Of a stretch of DNA of 64,000 nucleotides, positions 27,414 through 43,720 are shown one piece after another. The stretch is from the human T2T-CHM13v2.0 reference genome, Homo sapiens. The notes beneath the pieces were generated by a model, which was given only the letters and a program-made list of their open reading frames with translations, had not been told where the DNA came from and did not search any database. Position numbers and translations under genes: made by a program. How positions within the stretch are numbered: position 1 is the stretch's first letter; each line of letters starts with the position of its first letter. The stretch lies in the NCBI RefSeq assembly GCF_009914755.1, contig NC_060946.1; one strand, 5' to 3'.

Positions 27414-30400
27414 CTGCGTTTCATTGGTGCTTGTATCTGTCTCCGTCCTGCTTTCAGTTGGGTTTACCTTTCGGATATGATTTTCTGGTTTCCTCATATT
27501 TTTTCCTGAGCTTTGTCACTTTTTGTTCTACCTCCATTTTCACTCAATGCTTTTTTCTCCACTTTGAGTTCTAAATTTTTCTAATCGTGATGAAATGTTT
27601 GGTGTGTGACACTGGCTGTGTTTGCGGTTGTGTTATTTTAGTTTTCCTTCTTCCTGCTCACGCTAGGTCGTCACTGAATTCACAATGCAGCCTCTCTCCT
27701 CTGTGTGACCCCTTATAAAACTGCTTCCTGCAAATATGGCTCCTCTGTAGCTCCTGGTTCAGCCCCACCTTTCCTCTCTGGACGCTGCAGACTCGGTCCA
27801 TGGTTGCTTTTGTCGCACATCTGTGTACCATTTCTCTGGTCTTAATCAGAGATTGTCAGTTTTCATTCTGGTTTTGTCTCTTTCCCCTTGACGTCTGCAC
27901 CACGGGCATGGTCCCGTGGCCCCTTTCACACCTTTTTCTGGCTTTTATTTTGTATGGTAGCCATTCCTCATACATTGATGTTCAGGGCTATGGATACCTT
28001 TCTTGTTATTTTCTTTTCTGCTTTTAGTTAATGTCGAATAGGAGGAGGGAGAAATCACTGCCTTTCTCTTGCCATGTAAAAACTGCTCTAATTGTTTTAA
28101 TTGGCATTTCTTTATTAGTGAAGCTGAATATTGAAAATATATCCTAAATAAGGAATTTATAATCCAATATAATGCACAGTGTAGCTGGATAGAGATTGAC
28201 CTTGTTTATGCCCATTATGCAAGTCCTGAAATTATGACCCTGCCTGCTTAGGGAAACAGAATTCTAGTGGGTCTACTCAGACCATGTGATTACTTATAAC
28301 AAGAAATAGCGTTCATTTAATGGGGAATTTATAAAGTCAACAACACTGGGCTTTGTAACAGTGACTAAGCCACACTTGAATGAATTAAATACAATGTTCT
28401 AGCAGTAACTTAACATAATTGTGTATATAAATATACACACACACATATATAATTGTGCATATATACACACATAGATAATTCTGTATTTATATGCACACAA
28501 TTTGTGTATATTTACATAATTACATACACAAATAGCAAAACAGGACAAAGATGCAGAATTGTGCCTAGAACCTCCTAATTCCTAGGTGTGAAGAAACAAG
28601 CGATACCTTGAATGTTGTCGAGGTTGTCACATATATATGTGAGACATAAACAAGGCCACAAACAAGGTCAGTATCCAGCCACACAGTGCATTATCCTGGA
28701 TTTATTATAGATTCCTTATTTAGGATACTTTTCAATATTCAACTTCACTAATAAAGGAATACAAATAGAAACAATCAGAGCAGTTTTTACATGGCAAGAG
28801 AAAGACAATGATTTCTCACATCTATACATGTGGCAGCCTCAACAACATTCAAGGTATTTCCTCTGTTCCTTCTCATCTAGGAATTATGAGGCTACAGGCA
28901 CAAGTCTGCATCTTTGTCCTGTTTTGCTGTTTCCCTGACCCCACCTTGACTCTGAGTCACAGCTTCCCTCCACTGCAGGCTCTGCCAACCTCTGGCACTG
29001 CTCTTCTGAGCCCATGCGTGCTTCTCAGATCTCTGCTGCAGCTGTGGGGAGGGCTTTTAATCTGCCCTAGCTTTGTCTTGGCAGGTGAATCCTAGTGTCC
29101 CGCCTTTACATTTCCTGACAAGCCTCAGCGTGGATGCTGCCTCCTGATGGCATTCATGTGTCTCATGGTCTTCACTGCCCCGGGTTGCAGCCATGGGGTT
29201 GGTCACTTACCCACCTTGTCTTGAGATGTGAGCCTCACTAGTCATCGGCTGCTACATCACCTAACTGCCTCTTGGTTTCCAACACCTGCCCTAAGTATAA
29301 TTAGGCAAAGCTAAGTAGTTCCATGCTTTCCTCCCACCCCAAATGCAAGTGTCAAAAATCATCTTCCATAGAAGTCCAGACAGCATGATGCAGACACTAT
29401 TTTGCAGGATGCTTTCAGGATTTGGAGCCCACCTGTGCTCAGAGCAGAATTCAAGAGCTGGCTGTGCTGGAGGCTGAGATGTAGGACTGAGAGTCACAGG
29501 CCCAGTGGACAAGGGGTACCTGCTCTTGGGGAGAGCTCCATCCAGCAAGGGAGGCTGATATCAGAAAGATGATTAAAGAGGCTCCTAGTTACATGACACT
29601 GTGCAGCCTTGCGGGCATCTACGGACCCGGGATCTATCCCAGGTGATGCGAGAAGCCACCCGGAGTTTTGAGAGGAGGCAAGATTATGGGGCGGTCGCTG
29701 TTGCTGGTGACACAGTTGGGCTTCTGGAGAAGGAACTGGAGGGAGCAGGCAGGAGGGAGCTGGTTTTCAGCAGTGTTTGCAGAAACGGAAACCTGAGTCA
29801 GGGAGACTCCACTGGAGAAGTGGAGGGGTTGGGGGTGGCAGTGCTGAGGACCCAAGTTGGCAGATCTCACCCTTGGCTGAAGGGGGAGGGAATCAGGTGT
29901 AACAGATTCCTTCCGTTTCCTCCCAGCCCCAGGCTTTGAGTAACAGACAAGGATCTGAGCCCCCAGCATCGTCTCTAGCTTGCTCCACCAAAATGGTGCA
30001 CATGGGAAACTCTGCTAACTTTACAGTGGACAGATTTGAGGACCTCAGTCTTCCGTTAGGTGGTAATGATCTGACAGAACAAGCTGGAAACTTCGTCCTT
30101 TGCATTATAAATGTCGTTAGCAGGGAGAGATTCCACAGATTTACTGTAAACCAGGATGAAGAGGGTAAAAGAAACACCCCATTCACATCCTTGTGCCGAG
30201 CCCCCTGTCTACTGGGGAGCAGGGCAGGTGGGGGAGAGGTCATGTGGGGCTTGATATTAATGAAAACAAAGGGAGGATTAGGAAGATGTCAATTGAGCTC
30301 TTTGAGTAAAAGAAACTCATTTTTCCATCACTGCAGAGCCTTCAACCTAATTTATTACAATTAGAGGGACTGCATCAGTTCTCACACATGTGAGATTTAA

Positions 30401-30719
30401 GGCTCGGCAGCAACTGCCTGCATAGGGGAGCCCAGGATGGAAAGTAGTGGCACCTGATGGCTTCTGTCCCCGCTGGTGACCACACCTGCTGACGTCCTGA
30501 TCCTGCTCATTCTCCAAGCCTGGCTCTAATCACGCAGCTGTAGGTTCCGGGCCTGGGGCTTCAGAGGAGCCCCTGTATGGCTGTGGTCAGGCCACGCCAT
30601 CCGCCGGGCCTGGCTGTCCTCGTTGGTATCACAAATTGTGTGGACTACATTCTTCCACTTGCTTATTCACCAGCTGCATGTTATGTCCGTGTTATGGAGG
30701 GGACTGAAAAGAAATATCT

Positions 30720-31650
30720 CAATCCTTGCCCTACCCAATCCCTGTCCCACCCAATCCCCTCCCTACCCAATCCCTGTCCTACCCAATCCCTGTCCTACCC
30801 AATCTATGCCCTACCCAATTCCTGCCCTACTCAACTATGCCCTACCCAATCCTGTCATACCCAATCTATGCCCTACTCAATCTGTGCCCTACCCAATCCT
30901 GTCCTACCCAATCCCTGTCCTACCCAATCTATGCCCTACCCAATCTATGCCCTACCCAATCCCTGTCCTACCCAATCCCTGTCCTACCCAATCTATGCCC
31001 TACTCAATCTATGCCCTACCCAATCCTGTCCTACCCAATCCCTGTCCTACCCAATCTATGCCCTACTCAATCTATGCCCTACCCAATCCTGTCCTACCCA
31101 ATCCCTGTCCTACCCAATCTATGCCCTACCCAATCCCTATCCTACCCAATCCCTATCTACCCAATCCCTATCCTACCCAATCTATGCCCTACCCAATCTA
31201 TGCCCTATTCAATCCCTGCCCTACCCGATCCCTGCCCTACCTGATCCCTGCCCTACCCAGTCCCTGCCCTACTCAATCCCCTCCCTACCCAATCCCTGCC
31301 CTACCCGATCCCTGCCCTACCCAATCCCTGCCCTACTCAATCTATGCCCTATTCAATTCCTGCCCTACCCAATCCCTGCGCTACCAATCCCTGTTCTACT
31401 CAACCTATGCCCTATCCAATTCCTTTCCTACCGGATCCCTGCCCTACCCGATCCCTTCCTTACCCAGTCCCGGTCCTACCCAATCTCTGCCCTACTCAAA
31501 ATCTATGCCCTACCCAATCCCTGCTCTATTCAATCCCTGCCTTACCAAGTCCCTGCCCTACCCGCTCCCTGCCCTACCCAATCCCTACCCTACCCAACCC
31601 AGTCCCTGCCCTACCCGCTCCCTGCCAATCCCTGCCCTACTCAGTCCCTG
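30720..31650. repeat. 16-bp-unit minisatellite (ccctacccaatccctg / ccctacccaatctatg), ~58 units
   Basis: Directly visible tandem array; gives long Pro-rich ORFs in several frames. Confidence 0.97.
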
Positions 31651-32889
31651 CATGCAGGAAGAGTTGCTTGAGGCCAAGCCAGGCTGCCCAGGAAAGAATG
31701 AAGGCAGGAGGACCGGGCCCCAGGGGCTCTGCTCTCAGCAGGACCCGCCCTCCGAAGGGCATTTGGAGAGGGGAGGGGAGGATGCCACATGGGGGGCTAC
31801 AGGTGCACTTGACGATTAGTGCATGGGCCAGAGATAGAAGTGACGTTCGAGCAAGTTTTCTTTCCTAAACCCTAAGTGGGCTCTGCATTGAGAAACCCCA
31901 TGAGGAAAGGTGATAGGGGCCCAGGGAGCATTGGGAAGAGGGTCAAGGATGACCTCGAGACCCCTGACTTGGAATGGCTTTCACTGATGGGGAGCATGGG
32001 CAAAAGAGGTGAGCATATCACTTCACTGGAGGGCATGGGGAAAGCAGGGGGAGGCACTGCGGGCACCTGGGTCTGCAGGGAAAGGGAGGCTGTTGCCTGG
32101 GCCCAAGAGGTAGATCGTGTGTGTGTGAGGCTGGGAGAGGGGCCTGGAGTCTCCCCAGCAGACACGTGCTGAGCAGATACCCTCTGTCCTAGATGCCAGG
32201 GTCACAGCTGCTCCTGAGTGGCTCACATTCCACTTTGATTCTCCCATGTATTTATTCTGTTGTCATTTAGAATTTTTTTACTCTGTACTTAAAAAGACAG
32301 ATTGGCCACCATCCCTGTCCTCACAGACATTTGCAGCCCCTTCAGTGATAAGCCCTCAGAATCTGTGAATGTCTAGGGACGCATGTGTAACTGAAGACCA
32401 CAGGATGCCAGAATCTTCACCCAGGCTTCGGCCATCATCTCGGACCTCTGGGATTTTACAGAGGGAGAACCTGAGTCACACAGAAAGAAGAGGTCGTGCC
32501 CAGAGCCATGTGGGGAGACAGCAGCGGTGTGGCTGGGGGAGCCCTGTCCACAACTGCAGGCTCTGCCTTGCTTCTACTGTCCCAGCTTGTGCCCAGGGAT
32601 GCTCCCTCTGGGATGAGGACCTCTGAGGCTGTGTGCTGATGAGTGGGCATGGCTGCAGGGGTACGTGGCCAAGGGACACAGAGAGGCTTTGCTAAAGGGA
32701 AGCAGTGGTGCTTACCTAGCTCTAAACCAATCACTAAATCCTCCTGGAAAACTTCTCCCTGGAAACTGGAGCCTTTTCAGAAGGGACCCTCCATCACCAG
32801 TGCTGGGGGGAGCTCCATGCAGAGGTGGGGGGCCCAAGGCCAAGTTGGCTGCATCTGGCCCTTAGCACAGCACTGGTGACAGGAAGTGG

Positions 32890-33215
32890 AGGGGGAGCTC
32901 AATGGGGTCCATGGGCAGGAGACAGAGGCAGATTCTGGAGGGAAGTAGGGGGTGTGGGCCCAGTGGGGTCCACGAGGAAGAGGCAGATTCCAGAGGGATG
33001 TGGGAGTGTGAACCCAGCAGGGTCTTCGGGGAGGAGGCAGATTCCAGAGGTGGCCCAGCGGGGTCCATGGGGAGAAGACAGGCAGATTCCAGAGGGAAGT
33101 GGGTGTGCTAGGGAGGGACTCAATGCAGAGGCACGGGGCCCAGGGCCAGGTTGGCCACATCTGGGATGTGGGGCCAGCGGGGTCTGTGGGGAGGAGACAG
33201 GCAGATTCTGGAGCA
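32890..33215. repeat. Degenerate ~50-bp-period tandem repeat (core aggcagattccagagg)
   Basis: Core at 32926, 32981, 33035, 33080 and 33199. Confidence 0.8.
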
Positions 33216-33921
33216 CTCTGGAGACAACTGTCACGTCTCAGCCATCCACGTGAGAGCCAGATGCTAAACAGCTGGGGAGACCCCCACCTTGGAGGCATGC
33301 AGGAGAGGTGGGCACAGCCTGTGGGGGAGGGTGTCCTGCATGAGGAGGGAGCTGGGGCCGCAGGGCTTCAGGGGCTGGGTGAGTGGACTTTTGCTTCTCT
33401 AACAAATGACCACACAATGGCGGCTTAGAACAACACACATTGATTCTGTCACAGTTCAGAGACAAGAAGTCCAAAAGCAGGGTGTCGGCAGGGCTGCTCC
33501 CTCAGAAGCACCAGGGAGGATCCTTCCTGCCTCTTCCAGCTCCCAGGGGCTCCAGGGGTTCCTTGGCTGGTGACGGCACCATGCCATCCTCTGCCTTCTG
33601 TGCACACAGCCTTCTCCTCGACTCTCTCTTCCATTGATAAAAGGTCAGTCATTGGATTTAGGGCCCACCCCTGACCCACAAGGGTTTCATCTGTGATCCT
33701 TATCTTTTTTTTTTTCTATTATACTTTAAGTTTTAGGGTACATGTGCACAGCGTGCAGGTTTGTTACATAGGTATACATGTGCCATGTTGGTGTGCTGCA
33801 CCCATTAACTCGTCATTTACATTAGGTATATCTCCTAATGCTATCCCTCCCCCCTTCCCCCACCTCACAACAGGCCTCGGTGTGTGATGTTCCCCTTCCT
33901 GTGTCCAAGTGTTCTCATTGT

Positions 33922-37510
<3,589 letters not shown>

Positions 37511-37573
37511 TATGATGTTAGCTGGTTATTTTGCTCGTTAGTTGATGCAGTTTCTTCCTAGTCTTGGTGGTCT

Positions 37574-38575
37574 TTACAATTTGGCATGTTTTTGCAGTGG
37601 CTGGTACTGGTTGTTCCTTTCCATGTTTAGTGCTTCCTTCAGGAGCTCTTGTAGGGCAGGCCTGGTGGTGACAGAATCTCTCAGCATTTGCTTGTCTGTA
37701 AAGTATTTTATTTCTCCTTCACTTATGAAGCTTAGTTTGACTGGATATGAGATTCTGGGTTGAAAATTCTTTTCTTTAAGAATGTTGAGTATTGGCCCCC
37801 ACTCTCTTCTGACTTGTAGAGTTTCTGCTGAGAGATCAGCTGTTAGTCTGATGGGCTTCCCTTTGTGGGGAACCCAACCTTTGTCTCTCGCTGCCCTTAA
37901 CATTTTTTCCTTCATTTCAACTTTGGTGAATCTGACAATTATGTGTCTTGGAGTTGCTCTTCTCAAGGAGTTTTTTTGTGGTGTTCTCTGTATTTCCTGA
38001 ATTTGAATGTTGGCCTGCCTTGCTAGATTGGGGAAGTTCTGGATAATATCCTGCAGAGTGTTTTCCACCTTGGTTGCATTCTCCCCGTCACTTTCAGGTA
38101 CACCAATCAGACGTAGATTTGGTCTTCTCACATAGTCCCATATTTCTTGGAGGCTTTGTTTGTTTCTTTTTATTTGTTTTTCTCTAAACTTCTCTTCTCA
38201 CTTCATTCATTTGATCTTCCAACACTGATACCCTTTCTTGCAGTTGGCTGAATTGGCTACTGAAGCTAGCGCATTCATCACGTAGTTCTCGTGCCATGTT
38301 TTTCAGCTCCATCAGGTCCTTTAAGGACTTTTCTACATTGGTTATTCTAATTAGCCATTCGTCTAATCTTTTTTCAAGGTTTTTAACTTCTTTGCCATGG
38401 GTTCGAACTTCCTCCTTTAGCTCGGAGTAGTTTGATCTTCTGAAGCCTTCTTCTCTCAACTCGTCAAAGTCATTCTCTGTCCAGCTTTGTTCTGTTGCTG
38501 GTGAGGAGCTGTGTTCCTTTGGAGGAAAGGTGCTCTGATTTTTAGAATTTTGAGTTTTTCTGCTCTGTTTTTTCC
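37574..38575 (-). pseudogene. Disrupted L1 ORF1 (RNA-binding chaperone)
   Basis: Fragments EQSWTENDFDELREEGFRR and RPNLRLIGVPESDGE...RNNQYQPLQKHAKL; start codon deleted and frameshifted. Confidence 0.95.
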
Positions 38576-41502
38576 ACCTTTGGTCTTTGATGATGGTGAC
38601 GTACAAATGGGATTTTGGTGTGGATGTCCTTTCTGTTTGTTAGTTTTCCTTCTAACAGTCAGGACCCTCAGCTGCAGGTCTGTCGGAGTTTGCCGGAGGT
38701 CCACTCCAGACCCTTTTGCCTGGGTATCAGCAGCGGAGGCTGCAGAACAGTGAATATTGCTGAACAGCAAATGTTGCTGCCTGATCCTTCCTCTGGAAGT
38801 TTTGTCTTAGTTTAGTAGGGTACCTGGCCATGTAAGGTGTCAGTCTGCCACTACTGGGGGGCGGTGCCTCCCAGTTAGGCTAACTTGGGGGTCAGGGACC
38901 CACTTGAGGAGGCAGTCTGTCCATTCTCAGATCTCAAGCTGTGTGCTGGGAGAACCACTACTGTCTTCCAATCAGTCAGACAGGGACATTTAAGTCTGCA
39001 GAGGTTTCTGCTGCCTTTTGTTTGACTATGCCCTGCCCCCAGAGGTGGAGTCTACAGAGGCAGGCAGGCCTCCTTGAGCTGTGGTGGGCTCCACCCAGTT
39101 TGAGCTTCCCAGCTGCTTTGTTTACCTGCTCAAGCCTCAGCAATGGTGGGTGCCCCTCCCCCAGCCTCGCTGCCGCCTTGCAGTTTGATCTCAGACTGCT
39201 GTGCTAGCAGTGAGTGAGGCTCCGTGGGCGTAGGACCCTCTGAGCCAGGTGCAGGATATAATCTTCTGGTGTGCCGTTTGCTAAGACTATTGGAAAAGCG
39301 CAGTATTAGGGTGGGAGTGACCCGATTTTCCAGGTGCCATCTGTCACCCCTTTCTTTGACTTAGGAAAGGGAATTCCCTGACCCCTTGCGCTTCCCAGGT
39401 GAGGCAATGCCTCTCCCTGCTTCAGCTCATGCTCGGTGCGCTGCACCCACTGTCCAACAATCCCCTGTGAGATGAAACTCGTACCTCAGTTGGAAATGCA
39501 GAAATCATCCGTCTTCTGCATCACTCACGCTGGGAGCTGTAGACTAGAGCTGTTCCTATTTGGCCATTTTGGAACCGCCTCTCTGATCCTTATCTTAATT
39601 ACCTCTGGAACACACTATTCCCTCATAAAGCCACATTCCAAGTTTCCAACTGGACATGAACTTTTTGGGGGACAATATTTTATCCCTTTGAGCTCTGGGC
39701 TTTGCACCTATCAAGTCCTCGGATGTGACTCTGATTCCCCTCATTCCTGCTGCCTCTGCCCGCATTCCAGGGCCTGGCATCCCCTCTGGCACCCACCACA
39801 GCCTCCACGACAACCTCCCCGCCTCCAGCCTGTCTCCTCCAGGCCAGCTTCCTACTGGTCAGGGAGAACCTGGGCATGTCACCATCTGTCTTGAAATCAC
39901 CCGAGACCCCCCTGTCCCCTGGATAGAGCCTGTGTGTGCCACTGTGGTGGGCCAGGTCCTTTGTGCCCAGTGGATGGGCAATGCACCACACCCCCACCCA
40001 GCTGGTGACCTCTCTGGGCACCTGGTGTATAGCCTCTTGGAGGATGCCTTCCTCAGGCTGCAGGCTGGAGGACATCCTCTTCCTCTATCTGGAAAGCCCC
40101 TCCTTCATGGGCTCTGGTGCATCCTCCAGCCTCTGCTCATCCCCTTTGCAAAGTCCGCTTCTCATCCCTGCCTGGCCTCATCTGTGGAAACACGTCTGCC
40201 CCCACCTAGCACTGCTGATGCTGGCTGGAGTTACCTGTTCAGGGTTGGTCTCTCTGGTTGCCTGGTCTCCCATCTCAGCCTCTGGGGTCTGGCTGTGGAG
40301 GGAGTGAATGAGGGAGGGGCAAGTGGCCCCAGGGCCCAGCCGGACCGTAAATCCTTACCCTGTCCCCCGTGAGGACTCGTGAAGCCCCCTCCAGTCACTC
40401 CCTTCCCTGACAGGGCAGCATCCTCCCCCCACTGCAGAGCAGTTAAATCCCCTCCCGGTGTTCCCTGCAAAATGATGAAAAACTCCAGCAAAGGGTCCCA
40501 GGAGCACGAGCAGCCCTATCTCACCATTATCTTTGGAGATAAATCTTTCTCTCCGACGGCAAACGATGTCTGCAGTATTTCATAATTGGTGAGATGAAGA
40601 GCCCCTATTTTCCAAGATATTGAAGAATAACTCAGCTTTAAAGACCACGTCCTAACAACTGGAATGGGCCGATTATTCTGAGGGAATCTGCCGAGAATCG
40701 TTGCCAGGCGAGGCAGGAGAATGCACCTGAATTATCACTGGAACTTTGCTAAGAGATCCACATTTCCCATCTCCTGGAGAGACGTTAACACCCATTTGTT
40801 AAAGATGTTTTTGAGGTTTATTTCTAATAGAAGGATTTGTTTTATTTAAGTGCGTCTTCTGAAATGCTGACGGTGACAGAGCCATGCCTCTGTCCCTTCT
40901 CTGACTCTGCAGGGCCTCGGAGGGTCAAGCCCGGAAGTGTGGAGGTCAACAGAGGGCCTGTGGGCTCCCAGCTTCATGTGGGGTGTGGGAAAGAGGGCCG
41001 GCCTTGGGCTTGTTGCAGAAGCAAGACACGCAGCACTGGCGAGAAGCAGATCAGCAGCTTTCGGGACGAGAGGAGTCGTTACCAAGTGCCTATGGGCATT
41101 TGGGTGGGAGGGACCATTTGTGCTTCCGCCATCTGTGATGTGGAGTATTCACTGTACCTGCCACAGGTCAGTGGGGATCATGGCTTTCACAGATGCAGAG
41201 AAGAGTTGGTAGATGAGGAATGTGAGACCCTGAAGGGACCTCTAGGACCATCTGCCATCAACTCATCTTTATGTGGTTCTCTGGAGATGAGCCAGGCTCA
41301 GAGGCCACACCATGGCAGCATGAGCTCGGGACATCACACCCAAGCCCACGGCTCTGGGCTCCACGGCCAGTGTCCTTCCTGCCGCAGCAGAAGCTCCTCA
41401 GTGCATTGTGTGAGTCCTGGATTTGCAGTGTTGACCGGAACAGCCGGCCTGGCCAAGAAGTTCTCCCATCACATCCACCAGTGGATTCCCCTGCTGGGTG
41501 GG

Positions 41503-41867
41503 TGATATGGTTAGGCTTTGTGTCCCCACCCAAATCTCATCTTGAATCATGATCCCCAGACGTTGAGGGAGAGACCTGGTGGGAGGTGATTGGATCATGG
41601 GGGTGGTTTCCCCTATCCTGGGCTTGTGACAATGCGTTCTCACGAGATCTGATGGTTTTATAAGTGCCTGGCATTTCCCCTGCCTACTCTTTTTGGCCTG
41701 CCACCATGTCAAGATCCTTGCTTCCCCCCTATACCTTCTGCCATAACTGTAAGTTTTCTGAGGCCTCCCCAGCCATGTGGAACTGTGAGTCCGTTAAACC
41801 TCTTTTATTGATAAATTACCTAGTCTTGGGTAATATCTTAATAGCAGTGTGAGAATGAATTAATAGA
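41503..41867 (+). mobile_element. THE1D-like MaLR solo LTR
   Basis: tgatatggttaggctttgtgtccccacccaaatctcatcttgaa...; 5-bp TSD gtggg at 41498-41502 and 41868-41872. Confidence 0.92.
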
Positions 41868-43529
41868 GTGGGTATCTCCCCTCAGCCTTAAGCCTCCCTC
41901 CAATGCCATCCAGGTCCCAGGGTCCCCGCCTCCTTTCCACCCCAGGCAGATAGTGGTGGGTTTTCCCCATGGCCCCCACAGTTCCCTGAGCCGTTGTTTT
42001 CTCCCTGCCTGTTAAGAGGCAAAGGGATGACATTTTTCCTCTACGGAGTCCCTGGTGCCTAGCAGGGTGTCTGGGCCTCAGATGCTGAGCACACAGGGTG
42101 TTTCAGGATGGGGAGGTGACTGCAGACCCATCTCTCGGTAGCACCTGCACTTCCAGGAGATGCTGCCTCCTGCCTTCCCTCTGCTCGTTGTTTATTGCCT
42201 GATTGATTGTGAGACAGACTTCAAGGCATATTGAGGAGGGAGAAAGGAGCAAATGCGTCTCAGGAATCACATCTCCCCTGGCAGACTGGAGTGGCTCCCA
42301 GAGCCTCCCTGATGGAGCTGAGCTGATTTCCTGTAAACTTGTTATCCAAAGGATTCTTGCCAGCTCTGAGGCCCCCCCAGCTAAGGCCCAGAAGTGCTGC
42401 AGTAATTAACAGCTTTATCTCGAAGCTCCATCCTCTCTTTCTTTGTCCAAGCCGGGAGGGCATCTCATGCATTCTTCTCTAGAAAACATGAGCTTTGCCC
42501 TTGAAACTGAATGTGATGCTAGAAAGTAGATGGGAAGCCTGGGGAAAAGACTTTCAAAAAATATACAGGAGAAGGAAAGGGCAGGTGAGATGTTCGCTCT
42601 GGCCAGCAGTCACTGAGCCCCCGTCTTGCGAGGCCCGTGTGTGCTCACAGCATAGATGCAGTGATCCAATGGCATCCCTCTGCTTAAGGACCTGGGTCAG
42701 GGCCTGCCTGTGCCCCCCTGGCCTGGGCACGGCCAGCATCTGCCTGCCTCCCTGGAGCACCTTTCCCTGGCAAAACATCCTTTAGAGAGATGGCACCTTC
42801 AGGTCCGGCTTGCTCAGGCATGGCCACCACTCAGTTCTGCACATCACCCTCCATGTTGTTGGCCGACTGACCTGTGTACCATGGAGGCTACACGGACGGC
42901 TCCCCTACAGACGACTTTGTGTGACTTGCAAAGTGTTGTAAAAAAACCTCAAAGCAATTTCTAAAACCTAAGAGAAATCCTCTGAACTCTGTATTTATGT
43001 TTTTTTTTCTTGGAAACATTATGAGTTGGCCACACTTGGCCTGGATTTCCATGGGGCAACATTCCATTGGAAATAAGCAGGCCCTTCCCAGGAGGAGCTT
43101 GTGGTCTCCTGCCCTTCACAATCCCACTGCTCTCTGCACTCCTGGACCTGGGCCGGTCGCTGTGCCGGGCCCCCTGGTCTGCCTGCCCTCCTCGGGGACC
43201 TCGGTGGCCAACACCTGAGTCAGTCACTCTGGGATTAGGCAGGTCGAGCCTGGGGCTGCAGAGTAGCCACAGATGGCATTTGGGGGAGGGGGAGAGGGAG
43301 TGTGGGGGCTGAGAGGGGGTGGGGACTTCTTGGGAGAAGGGAGGCAGTGGCTTCTTGGCAGCTCTGAGGTGTGGCAGGGATGGTCGAGGACAGTGTGACA
43401 CTCTGATGGGCCGCAGGGACACTGGGTCAGGCCAAGTGCCTGTGTCCATCAGCTTCCCTGATGCACGTTGTCCTGGGAGTCACTGATGTGATGGCAGGAG
43501 CATGTCACTGGGGGGTGGGGGGACAGGTG

Positions 43530-43720
43530 GACCTGGCTGCAAGTCTCTACTAGTTCCTGTCTGCTTGCCGTGGACAGGTATTTCACCTTTCCTGAGTCTC
43601 AGCATTGTCATCTATGGCATGGGGTTAAGAGTTCTCTGTAGATTATTGTGAGAATTGAAAGGAGTGGTGTGTGTAAAGCCCCAGGCTGAGTTCCTCAAAC
43701 AGTCTAAGTGCTCAGAAACA
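43530..43720 (+). mobile_element. MIR
   Basis: tttcctgagtctcagcattgtcatctatggcatgggg...ttgtgagaattgaaaggag...taagtgctcag. Confidence 0.7.

Noticed and set aside
30577-31819. 364-aa and 398-aa Pro/Cys-rich ORFs
   Set aside because: They are translations of the stop-free 16-bp minisatellite. Several frames are open at once and cycle through the same peptides, with no promoter or splice context.
32890-33215. Repeat-spacer pattern resembling a CRISPR array
   Set aside because: The spacers are related to each other and irregular in length, the context is eukaryotic, and there are no cas genes; it is a decayed minisatellite.
33707-33730. Near-full-length L1 as parent of the truncated L1 at 13.8 kb
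   Set aside because: Its 3' flank (A-tail then gataaggatca) does not contain the aaaacattcaccac tag carried by the short copy.
39545-39583. Loss of the L1 YY1 site (aagatggcc to aaaatggcc)
   Set aside because: The GCCATnTT core is still satisfied, so loss of binding cannot be claimed.
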